A DNA stretch of 38,734 nucleotides. Origin: an uncultured Anaerolineales bacterium (GTDB lineage: Bacteria; Chloroflexota; Anaerolineae; Anaerolineales; UBA11858). The translations under genes and the position numbers were made by a program. Below are positions 14,537 to 22,817 of this stretch, piece after piece. The stretch covers positions 1,563-40,296 of the forward strand of contig CAZJBA010000003.1 of assembly GCA_964544065.1 (NCBI GenBank), written 5' to 3'. The notes under the pieces were generated by a model that did no database searches, had not been told where the DNA came from, and saw only the letters and a list, made by a program, of their open reading frames with translations. Positions within the stretch are counted from its first letter, which is position 1. Every line of letters starts with the position of its first letter.

Positions 14537-16672
14537 ATGTTAAACCGGATTTGGAAGAAGACATCCTTTTTCTTCACCCGCCCGATTTCTTTATTGGGGA
14601 GCTACCCCTGGGAGAACTTGCGCCCTGACCTCACCGCGGCCCTGACCGTGACGATCGTCTTGTTGCCGCAAGCGCTGGCCTACGCCATGATCGCCGAACT
14701 GCCCCCCCGCATGGGCCTCTACTCGGCAATCGTCGCCGCGGTCGTCGGGGCGCTATGGGGCTCATCCAACCATCTCCATATAGGCCCAACCAACACCATC
14801 GCCCTGCTGGTTCTGTCCGTGCTGGTGACCATCGCGGAACCCGGCTCACCAGAATTCATCGCCGCGGCCAATTTGATGGCCGTTTTTGTCGGTATCTTCG
14901 TCCTGATTTTAGGATTGGCTCGTTTGGGCTTGTTGGTCAACTTCGTTTCCGATTCGGTTATAATCGGCTTCACCGCCGGGGCCGGTGTTCTCATTGGAGT
15001 TAATCAACTGCACTCCTTACTCCGCCTGGACATCCCCAGCAGCCACTCGTTCCTGGTCACCCTGCGAGCGATCGTAGAGAATTTCGGCCAGAGCCACTTG
15101 CTCAGTCTATTATTTGGCGTTTGTTTGATTCTGTTCATCGCCTTGCTCCAGTATTTTCGTCCAGACTGGCCCGTCCATCTGCTGGCCATGATTCTGGCGG
15201 GCGGTATTGTGGCCACATTTGGGCTCCAAGAACATGGCATCGAAGTGGTCGGCAAATTGCCCCGCACGCTGCCCCCGTTGTCGACCTTTTCCGTTGATTT
15301 GGCTCTCCTCGGCAACGTTGGCATCGGGGCATTGGCCGTCGGGGCAATTGGACTGGTCGAATCGGCTGCGATTTCGCGCTCGATTGCCAGCCATTCGGGC
15401 CAGCGATTGGATAGCAATCAAGAATTTGTCGGTCAAGGGTTGGCCAACATCGCTTGTGGGCTTTTCTCCGGCTTCCCCGTCACCGGCTCCTTCACCCGCT
15501 CGCAAGTCAATTACGAAGCGGGCGCCAAGACATCCCTGGCTAGCCTATTTTCGGGCATCTTCGTCACCGTCGCCGTCTTGATCTTTGGTCCCCTGACCGC
15601 CTATGTCCCTCGTACGGCCCTGGCCGCTGTGCTGATGGTCACGGCCTACAGCATGATCGACCGCATCGAAATCGCCCGCATCTGGCGGGGCACACCCAGT
15701 GATGCCTTCATCATGGTGGTGACTTTTTTTTCAACATTGTTTTTGTCGCTTGAATTCGCCGTACTGACGGGTATTTTGAGTTCCCTGGTCATCTACATCT
15801 ACCAGACCAGCGCTCCCCGCGTTGTTCCCGTCGCCCCCGCCCGGGATTACCACCACTTCACTCACCAGCCGGAGAAAGCCCCTTGCACCCAACTGGCGGT
15901 CTTCAACATCCTCGGCGATCTCTACTTTGGCGCCACCAACCATATCACCGAGTCGATTCGAAAATATATCGAAGAACATCCCACCCATCGGTTTTTGTTG
16001 CTGCGGATGAACAGCGTCCACCAGGTCGACATCAGCGGGATTCATGCCCTGGAGACAATCGTCGAGATAATGCGAGAACGCGGCGGCGATGTTTACATGA
16101 TGCGGGTGCATAAACCCGTGCTGGAGACAATGAAAACGACCGGCTTTTACGACTTCCTCGGCGCCGACCATTTTTTGCGGTATGAAGACGCCGTCTCCTT
16201 TTTGTTTCATCACGTCATGGACCCGGCGGTGTGTATCTATGAGTGTGACCAGCGCGTCTTCAAGGAATGCCAGAATTTACCCCGACCGATCGAGCATCCC
16301 CTGGAGATGCCCATCCAAACGGAGCTTCCCACCTATCAGGTGCCCAGCGTCCCCCCGCGCCAATTGTGGCAGGCGTTACAGAGCGAGAATCCACCCCTGG
16401 TGGTCGATGTGCGCGAGCCGCGCGAATTCGACCAAGGCCATATCCCCGGAGCCATCTCAATGCCACTCTTCAAGTTGCTCTCGGATCCCAGCCAACTTCC
16501 CCGCGATGAACCCCTCGTTTTCGTCTGTCAGAGCGGACGCCGCAGCAAACGTGCCATCTATCTGCTCTGCAACCAGGGCTACAAAAATGCCAAATTCCTC
16601 GAAGGAGGTCTTTTGGCATGGGAGGCAGCAGATTTATTGACAGCGATAGAAAAGCAGGCCAACGATGCATGA
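14537..16672 (+). CDS. SulP-family anion transporter with STAS domain and C-terminal rhodanese domain
   Basis: SulP core (LTAALTVTIVLLPQALAYAMIA..., GLANIACGLFSGFPVTGSFTRS). STAS-like segment (FNILGDLYFGATNHI...LLLRMNSVHQVDISGIHALE). Rhodanese with active-site loop VFVCQSGRRS. Confidence 0.9.
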   Translation: MLNRIWKKTSFFFTRPISLLGSYPWENLRPDLTAALTVTIVLLPQALAYAMIAELPPRMGLYSAIVAAVVGALWGSSNHLHIGPTNTIALLVLSVLVTIAEPGSPEFIAAANLMAVFVGIFVLILGLARLGLLVNFVSDSVIIGFTAGAGVLIGVNQLHSLLRLDIPSSHSFLVTLRAIVENFGQSHLLSLLFGVCLILFIALLQYFRPDWPVHLLAMILAGGIVATFGLQEHGIEVVGKLPRTLPPLSTFSVDLALLGNVGIGALAVGAIGLVESAAISRSIASHSGQRLDSNQEFVGQGLANIACGLFSGFPVTGSFTRSQVNYEAGAKTSLASLFSGIFVTVAVLIFGPLTAYVPRTALAAVLMVTAYSMIDRIEIARIWRGTPSDAFIMVVTFFSTLFLSLEFAVLTGILSSLVIYIYQTSAPRVVPVAPARDYHHFTHQPEKAPCTQLAVFNILGDLYFGATNHITESIRKYIEEHPTHRFLLLRMNSVHQVDISGIHALETIVEIMRERGGDVYMMRVHKPVLETMKTTGFYDFLGADHFLRYEDAVSFLFHHVMDPAVCIYECDQRVFKECQNLPRPIEHPLEMPIQTELPTYQVPSVPPRQLWQALQSENPPLVVDVREPREFDQGHIPGAISMPLFKLLSDPSQLPRDEPLVFVCQSGRRSKRAIYLLCNQGYKNAKFLEGGLLAWEAADLLTAIEKQANDA

Positions 16673-17642
16673 AAATATATCTCCCAATTTAGGGCTGGAT
16701 TTGGTCCGTGCCACCGAGGCGGCCGCGCTAGGCGCGGGCCGCAGTATGGGACGCGGTAATAACACAATCGCCACCCGCCAGGCCACAACCGCGATGATAA
16801 AAGAGCTCAACAGCCTCGATATCGATGGGTATGTCGTCATCGGGGAAGAGGGGCGGATCGGCTCGACCTCGATCTTGAAAAGTGGTACCCATGTTGGTAC
16901 AGGGAATGGCCCTCCCATGGATGTGGTAGTGGATCCCATTGATGGCACCGAATTTTTAATCAAAGGGCGCGCCGGCGCCATTTCGGTCGCAGCGGTAGCC
17001 CCTCGCCATGCCATGTGGACACCCGCCCCGGCGGTCTATATGCACAAAATCGTCGTCGGAGCGGAGGCCGCCGAGGCGCTCGTGCCCGAGTGCATGGACG
17101 CGCCCGCGGCCTGGACTCTCGCCCTGGTTGCCCGGGTGATGGACAAACCTGTCCGTGACCTGGTTGTCTTCATGCTCGACCGGCCCCGACACGCTGATCT
17201 AATGTCCGAGATTCAATCGACAGGCGCGCGGGTGATGGCCCGCGATCATGGTGACATCGCCGGAGCCTTGATGGCGCTGAATAAAGATGTCAATGTCGAT
17301 ATTCTCATGGGGATCGGCGGGGTTGCCGAGGGAATCTTGGCAGCCTGTGCCGTAAAAACCCTGGGAGGAGCAATGTTAGCGCGCCTGGCCCCCCAGTCCG
17401 CCGAGGAGCGGGCGGCGATCAAGAACGCGGGCATGGATGTCGGCCGCATCTTGAGCAACGACGAACTCGTCAGCGGGGGCAACACTTACTTCTCGGCCAC
17501 CGGCATCACCGATGGAATTCTCTTCGCCGGGGTCAGTTACCGGGGAGAGTTTGCTGAAACAGAATCGTTGGTCGTGCGAGGCGATACCGGCACCCGCCGC
17601 GTCATCCGGACCGAGCATCTCTTGGTCGGTGGTGTGGAATAA
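16665..17642 (+). CDS. glpX: Class II fructose-1,6-bisphosphatase (GlpX type)
   Basis: LVRATEAAALGAGRSMGRG...DVVVDPIDGT...; GlpX-like throughout. The ATG overlaps the SulP stop by 8 nt. Confidence 0.9.
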   Translation: MHENISPNLGLDLVRATEAAALGAGRSMGRGNNTIATRQATTAMIKELNSLDIDGYVVIGEEGRIGSTSILKSGTHVGTGNGPPMDVVVDPIDGTEFLIKGRAGAISVAAVAPRHAMWTPAPAVYMHKIVVGAEAAEALVPECMDAPAAWTLALVARVMDKPVRDLVVFMLDRPRHADLMSEIQSTGARVMARDHGDIAGALMALNKDVNVDILMGIGGVAEGILAACAVKTLGGAMLARLAPQSAEERAAIKNAGMDVGRILSNDELVSGGNTYFSATGITDGILFAGVSYRGEFAETESLVVRGDTGTRRVIRTEHLLVGGVE

Positions 17643-17835
17643 CGAACAATTCGCGGGATTCCTTGCCGCCCGTTTGAGTGACTTGGCCCAAGGCGATGAT
17701 GTCTGGTTGAGCAAAGCTGTGATCGAAGATCCGCACGCGCGTAAAATAGCCGGCGAATTACATGGCGACCACGATGAGAAGGTAAACTTGCGCGGTATCG
17801 CTGGCGAGGTGGATGTTTGTCGGTTGCAAATCTGA
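17632..17835 (+). CDS. Possible small ORF (about 67 aa) filling the glpX-mutS2 gap; the start is uncertain
   Basis: This is the tail of ORF 17512..17835. From GTG 17632 it reads WNNEQFAGFLAARLSDLAQGDDVWLSKAVIEDPHARKIAGELHGDHDEKVNLRGIAGEVDVCRLQI. Composition is protein-like and not Arg/Pro-rich. No family recognised and no clear RBS. Confidence 0.25.
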   Translation: MWNNEQFAGFLAARLSDLAQGDDVWLSKAVIEDPHARKIAGELHGDHDEKVNLRGIAGEVDVCRLQI

Positions 17836-17843
17836 ACGTCAAA

Positions 17844-20255
17844 TCATGACTGGCGAATCTCCGCCACAGTGACGCCATTGCCGCCTTCATTGGGTTTGCC
17901 CGCCTGGAAGGATTGGACTTGGGGGTGTTTGTCCATGGCTTTGCGCACCACCTGGCGCAATTTGCCGGTACCCTTCCCGTGGATGATTCGCACCCACGGC
18001 AGCCGGGCCAGATAAGCCTGGTCGATATAGCGTTCCAGCGAAGAGAGCGCCTCTTCGGAGCGCTGGCCGCGCAAATCGAGCTCGACGCCGGGCGATTCGT
18101 GCTTGTGCTCCACGGCTCGGCGTTCGCTTCTTTGAACCTCTATTTTCTCCCCGGAATCAGCTTCCTCGTCCGGCTTGGAACGCACGATCAAGTCAGATAG
18201 TTTGGCCTTGACCCGCAATCTGCCCACCTGAACCTCAGCCTTGTTCTCACCAATCGTCTGAACGATGCCCTTCTTGCCCAGGCTGCGTACCTCCACTTTT
18301 GCGCCCAGCCGCAGCGGGCCTTGATGGGGGATCATCTCTGGCTCGGGGGCCCGGCGTTCCACCGGCTCTTCGACCTCTTCGGCCGCGGCCTCGATTTTCG
18401 CTTCGGCTTCTTCAATCGCCTCCAAAGGTTGCCGGGCTTGGAGCAGTTCTTTTTTCAAAGCGCCGATCTCTTCCCGGATCGTCTCCAAATCTGCTTCGGC
18501 TTCTTGGCGTGCATCCTCAAGCACCTGGCGGCGTTCATCCTCGATCTTGACCAGGCGTTCTGCCAGCTCAGCCCGCATCTGCACAGCTTCATGTTTGGCC
18601 CGTTCGGCCCGCTCCCTGGCCTGATCTGCGCGCTTGCGCTGTTTGTAAATCTCATCGAGTAAGTCGTCGGCCTTCAATTCGGCCGGATCGATTTTTTGGC
18701 GCGCCCCCTCGATGATGTCAGCGGGCAGGCCCAGCCGCTCGGCGATGGCGAGGGCGTTGGAACGCCCCGGCAGCCCGATGGTCAGGTGATACGTCGGTCG
18801 CAGCGTTTTGAGATCAAATTCCATGCTGGCATTGACGGCGCCTTTGGTGGCATGGGCATAGGCTTTCAGTTCGGGGTGATGGGTGGTCACCAAGGTGGTG
18901 ATTCCCCGCTCCAACAGGTAGGTCAACAACGAGCGGGCCAGGGCAGCGCCCTCCTGGGGATCGGTACCGGCCCCCAATTCGTCCAGAATCACCAACGACT
19001 GGGCGTCGGCCTGCTCCAAAATGTGGATGATGTTGTTGATATGGCCCGAAAAGGTCGATAACGATTGCTCGATGGATTGCTCGTCGCCGATGTCGGCGAA
19101 AATCTTCTTGAACAGGCAGATCTCCGATTGGGGATGGGCGGGGATGTGCAAGCCGGACTGGGCCATCAGGGCCAGCAATCCCACCGTTTTGAGGGTCACG
19201 GTTTTTCCGCCGGTGTTCGGCCCGGTGATGATCAGGGCATAGTTCTTGGCGAAGAGCTCCACATCGACGGGCACGACCTCACCAGGATCGAGCAGGGGAT
19301 GGCGAGCCTCGAACAGGCGAATCCGGCCCTGTTTGGGGCGAATCTGTTCCCCACCCTTGGCGACACGGATCGGGTGGAGGGTTGGTTCCGCTGCCCGGAG
19401 CACTTCAGCGTACTTGGCGCGCGCCAAGGCCAAATCCAAATCGGCCAACGCCTCGATCATCTCGGACAAAACCGGCGCGTGCTCGCCGACCTGGGCCGTC
19501 AAGGCGGAGAGAACCCGCCGCTCTTCGTCGCGCTCGTCCAATTGAAGCTGGCGATATTGATTGTTTTTCTTGACGATGCTGGCCGGTTCGATATACAACG
19601 TCGCCCCCGAGGCCGATTGGTCGTGAACGATGCCATCGATCTGTTTTTTATCGTCCGCCCTTACCGGGACGACGTAGCGTCCATCCCGCTGGGTGATGAT
19701 CGCCTCTTGCAGGTAACGGCTCATCTGGCTGCTGTGCACCATCCGCTCCAATTGTGACAACAGGCGATCATGTTGGGTCTTCAGTTCCCGGCGGATGCGG
19801 GCCAATTTGGGCGAGGCCGAATCGAGGATTTCACCCCGGTCGGATAAGGTCTGGCTGATGGCGTCGACCAGGCCGGTAGACGTTGGGAATCCCAGACTGA
19901 TCTCAGCCAGGTAAGGGAATTGATCTCCCCGGCGCTCGAAAATCCGGCGCAAATTGCGCGCCGCGATGAGGGTATATTTGATATCAAGAAATTGATTTGC
20001 CTGAAGCACATCGTGGCGGACAGCAGCTTTCAGCGAGGTGCGGATGTCGCGCGTGCCGCCGATGCTGATCTCCGGTTTCAGTTCCAGCAACTCGCGCGCC
20101 TCGCCGGTTTCGGCCAGCGCATGGCGGACGTGGTGGAGCTTGTTCATCGGCCGCAGGGCACGCGCTTTCTCCGCCGAAACGGGAAAGTCGCAATGGGCGG
20201 CCAATCGCTCCAGAATTTGATCGTATTCAAGCGTTTTGAGTGATTTTTGATCCAT
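17844..20255 (-). CDS. mutS2: Endonuclease MutS2 (MutS domain V ATPase plus C-terminal Smr domain)
   Basis: Walker A ITGPNTGGKTVTLKT. ILDELGAGTDPQEG. K/E-rich coiled coil. C-terminal Smr (ELDLRGQRSEEALSSLERYIDQAYLARLPWVRIIHGKGTGKLR). Confidence 0.95.
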   Translation of the reverse strand: MDQKSLKTLEYDQILERLAAHCDFPVSAEKARALRPMNKLHHVRHALAETGEARELLELKPEISIGGTRDIRTSLKAAVRHDVLQANQFLDIKYTLIAARNLRRIFERRGDQFPYLAEISLGFPTSTGLVDAISQTLSDRGEILDSASPKLARIRRELKTQHDRLLSQLERMVHSSQMSRYLQEAIITQRDGRYVVPVRADDKKQIDGIVHDQSASGATLYIEPASIVKKNNQYRQLQLDERDEERRVLSALTAQVGEHAPVLSEMIEALADLDLALARAKYAEVLRAAEPTLHPIRVAKGGEQIRPKQGRIRLFEARHPLLDPGEVVPVDVELFAKNYALIITGPNTGGKTVTLKTVGLLALMAQSGLHIPAHPQSEICLFKKIFADIGDEQSIEQSLSTFSGHINNIIHILEQADAQSLVILDELGAGTDPQEGAALARSLLTYLLERGITTLVTTHHPELKAYAHATKGAVNASMEFDLKTLRPTYHLTIGLPGRSNALAIAERLGLPADIIEGARQKIDPAELKADDLLDEIYKQRKRADQARERAERAKHEAVQMRAELAERLVKIEDERRQVLEDARQEAEADLETIREEIGALKKELLQARQPLEAIEEAEAKIEAAAEEVEEPVERRAPEPEMIPHQGPLRLGAKVEVRSLGKKGIVQTIGENKAEVQVGRLRVKAKLSDLIVRSKPDEEADSGEKIEVQRSERRAVEHKHESPGVELDLRGQRSEEALSSLERYIDQAYLARLPWVRIIHGKGTGKLRQVVRKAMDKHPQVQSFQAGKPNEGGNGVTVAEIRQS

Positions 20256-20562
20256 GGTTGATAAGAGAGTCTACCACATCGCTATCATGCAGCGTAGATG
20301 GGGGAAATCGTGGGATAATGTGGGATAAGTTTGGATAATCGTATGTTCCAGTGGTTGAACTTTTCCGCTAATGGTGTATATAAGGAATACGAAGAGCGAG
20401 TGCCAACGCTATGGAATGAGCGCAAAACACTGAAAAAGTTCAATTCCTCCCCTTTGTACGGATAATCCCAAATTTAACCCAGAGCCGTAGAGTGTGTGGG
20501 CAGGCACACTTAATTAAAAAAAACACGCATAGTATTTTGCCCCTCAAGGAGTTCTGCGCAGT

Positions 20563-21180
20563 TTAATCGAGCGGCTGCTTATCCATGGCGTAGATGCAGT
20601 CCTCGTCCCCCATGGCGTGACACTTGACTTCTTGGATACGAAAATGTTTCTCGGTGGCCCAGAAGGAGGCCGCTTTGAGCACCCCAACGCCCAGGTGGCA
20701 GACCGGTTCTTGCGCTTCTCGCTCCCAACACATCGGGCACCGCTCGATCACCCAGTACCAGTACTCATCATCTTCGCCGATGCTGACAACCTGGTCGCTG
20801 ACTGTGTTGAAGAATTTGGAGAAAAATTGAAGCCCCAACTTGGCGCGCATTTGCAAGGTGCCAACTTTCATCGCCGCGCGGGCAGCTTTCTGCACCTTGT
20901 CGTATTTGTGTAAGCTGTGCTGAAAGGTCTCTTCCCCTCCGCGGGTGGCAAACACACGGGCGCCCTTGGAGCCGTACATATCGTAAAGCGCTTGTTGAAT
21001 CTTGGCCACATGGGTGAACGGAAATGCTTTCTTGATGTTGTCGGGTGGATATTTGTCAATATACTCTTGCAATCCGGCCAAATTTAAGATGGCGTTGACG
21101 CCATTTTTACCTAAGATATCTTCTGCGGAGGTAATGATACTGCGGCCCCAGATGTTGGGGTAGAAATATTGATCCGTCAT
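20563..21180 (-). CDS. V4R-domain (COG1719-like small-molecule-binding) protein
   Basis: The C-terminal WVIERCPMCWEREAQEPVCHLGVGVLKAASFWATEKHFRIQEVKCHAMGDEDCIY matches the V4R Cys pattern. I prefer ATG 21180 (AGGA 7 nt upstream) over GTG 21249. Confidence 0.7.
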   Translation of the reverse strand: MTDQYFYPNIWGRSIITSAEDILGKNGVNAILNLAGLQEYIDKYPPDNIKKAFPFTHVAKIQQALYDMYGSKGARVFATRGGEETFQHSLHKYDKVQKAARAAMKVGTLQMRAKLGLQFFSKFFNTVSDQVVSIGEDDEYWYWVIERCPMCWEREAQEPVCHLGVGVLKAASFWATEKHFRIQEVKCHAMGDEDCIYAMDKQPLD

Positions 21181-21416
21181 ATTGTCGTCCTGATAATCGA
21201 TGTAGATGGGTTTCACTACGATTTTAAGATAAAGGCGGTGAATTGTCACTTTAATCCACGTACCTGCCCCAATTTATAAAAGGCACGCTATAACCATATC
21301 AAAAAACCGCATTTTTTGGAAGAGGAGACCACAAAATAGCATAAATTTGGTATCATTGTTTGTGAATAATTTGATTCCCCATCCCAAGGTACAAAAAGTT
21401 GATCATGGAGGTCACA

Positions 21417-22295
21417 ATGCAACCCGATCTAACCTCAGAGCTTCTTGAATTGGTACGACTCGCCTCGACGAGCTTGCCCCCCGACGTGGAGCGAACGTTA
21501 TGCGCTTGCATGGAAGAGGAAGAATCAGGCTCGGCAGCCCGCGGCGCGCTGGAAACGGTTCTCCGCAACGTCGAGATGGCGCGCCAGAATTCTACACCCA
21601 TCTGCCAGGATACCGGTACGCCCATTTTTTACGTCCAAATTCCCCAGAATTGGAGCCGGCGCCAGTTCCGGGAGCAGATTGAAGCTGCCGTCGTCCAGGC
21701 TACTGAAAAGACCTATCTGCGTCCTAACTCGGTCAACGCTGTCACCGGCAAGAACACGGGCGACAACACCGGCGATGAGCATTATCCCACCGTCCACTTC
21801 GAGGAAGTCGATCCGAGTGAGCCGTTGGTCGTCGATTTGATTCTCAAGGGCGGCGGTTGTGAAAATGTCAGCGCTCAGTATAAGTTGCCCAATAGCCGTC
21901 TGGGCGCGGGGCGCGACCTCGAGGGGGTCCGCAAGGTGGTGCTCGATGTCGTCAATCAAGCCCAGGGTAAAGGCTGCGCGCCGGGGGCATTGGGTGTTGG
22001 CATCGGCGGCGACCGAGGCTCGTCTTACCTGGCCTCCAAAGAAGCGCTTTTCCGCCAGCTTGATGATACCAATCCTGATCCCGTTCTGGCCGAGTTGGAA
22101 GAACACATTACCACGGACGCCAATCAATTGGGCATCGGCCCGATGGGGTTTGGCGGCAAGACGACGGTACTGGGTACCAAAATCAAAGGGTTACACCGCC
22201 TGCCCGCCAGCTATTTTGTGTCTGTCTCCTACATGTGCTGGGCTTACCGCCGCCGAAAAATGGTTTGGGACGGCGAAGAAGCTAGCTATCAGTAG
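21417..22295 (+). CDS. Fe-S type hydro-lyase alpha subunit (class I fumarate hydratase / L(+)-tartrate dehydratase alpha)
   Basis: ARQNSTPICQDTGTPIFYVQIP and GGGCENVS are typical of the N-terminal (alpha) domain. ATG 21417 has GGAGG 5 nt upstream. No beta-subunit gene follows. Confidence 0.85.
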   Translation: MQPDLTSELLELVRLASTSLPPDVERTLCACMEEEESGSAARGALETVLRNVEMARQNSTPICQDTGTPIFYVQIPQNWSRRQFREQIEAAVVQATEKTYLRPNSVNAVTGKNTGDNTGDEHYPTVHFEEVDPSEPLVVDLILKGGGCENVSAQYKLPNSRLGAGRDLEGVRKVVLDVVNQAQGKGCAPGALGVGIGGDRGSSYLASKEALFRQLDDTNPDPVLAELEEHITTDANQLGIGPMGFGGKTTVLGTKIKGLHRLPASYFVSVSYMCWAYRRRKMVWDGEEASYQ

Positions 22296-22320
22296 ATTTC
22301 GGAGTGGTTCCTAATTCAAG

Positions 22321-22657
22321 ATTCTCTACCGTACAACTATATCCTGCGGCGCAAAAATAGACCGCGGATGACGCGAATCAGGCGGATTTTCACGGATTTT
22401 TCTTGTTTTATCGTATCTTCTCAATATTTCGGGGTCTCCAAAAACGTTCAGAGAAAGAAATTGAACTTTTCCGCCAGGGCGTGCATACCCAAAGGGTACA
22501 CCGGGCGAAAACTAAGGCAGAATGCGCGGGCGACATCGAAAAAGTTCCACGCCGGAGGCCGTCTCCCCAGCTTTTTGAGAAGATACGTTTTATCTGCGAA
22601 AATCCGTTAAATCCGCGTAATCTGCGGTCCATTTTCACAGATGTACGGTAGAGAAAT
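22321..22657. mobile_element. Foldback, MITE-like non-autonomous element with imperfect inverted arms of about 100 nt
   Basis: Outer ends are TCTCTACCGTACA (22323-22335) and TGTACGGTAGAGA (22642-22654). The arms share AAAAT[A/G]GACCGC[G/A]GAT[G/T]ACGCG...CGGATTTTC...GTATCTTCTCAA. The central part (22437-22562) is unique. There is no transposase and I saw no clear target-site duplication. Confidence 0.6.
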
Positions 22658-22658
22658 T

Positions 22659-22734
22659 GTATCTTCTCAATACTTTGGGGAAACAGATTTGAGGGTTTCT
22701 ATACCCCGTGGAGTATCTTCTCAATAAAGCGGGG
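22659..22734 (+). repeat. Two solo copies of the 22-nt motif GTATCTTCTCAATA...GGGG (22659-22680 and 22713-22734)
   Basis: GTATCTTCTCAATACTTTGGGG and GTATCTTCTCAATAAAGCGGGG lie directly after the foldback element. Confidence 0.85.
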
Positions 22735-22817
22735 TAAAGCCTCAAGCGTGTCATTCTTGCCGCGCTGTGCGTGCCCGCCAGGGGAAGCGCGGCGAGAGTG
22801 ACATGTCCCAAGCTTCC

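Noticed and set aside
17643-17843. tRNA or other small RNA gene in the larger intergenic gaps. Also inspected: 11518-11647, 12611-12707, 20256-20562 and 36793-37151
   Set aside because: I saw no T-loop (GGTTCGAATCC-like) or cloverleaf arrangement and no rRNA-like sequence. A covariance-model scan (tRNAscan-SE or Infernal) would be needed to exclude them formally.
20491-20523. Hairpin AGTGTG..CACACT plus an A7 tract as a terminator for the V4R gene
   Set aside because: On the minus-strand RNA the U-run precedes the stem instead of following it. On the plus strand no U-run follows. The alternative stems just before the U-run are only 4 bp each. I did not call it as a terminator.
22368-22651. 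ORFs 22368..22610, 22403..22651 and 22408..22638 (76-82 aa). Also 36785..37012 and 6435..6659
   Set aside because: They are read through the inverted-repeat or repeat elements. Peptide strings such as IRRIFTDF, NPRNLRSI and KICVNQR are translation artefacts of the CGGATTTT-type repeats. None has an RBS.
22413-22734. CRISPR array, considered because the 22-nt motif recurs
   Set aside because: The repeats are too short. Spacing is irregular (246 and 54 nt). One copy is inverted. There are only three direct copies and no cas genes in the window.
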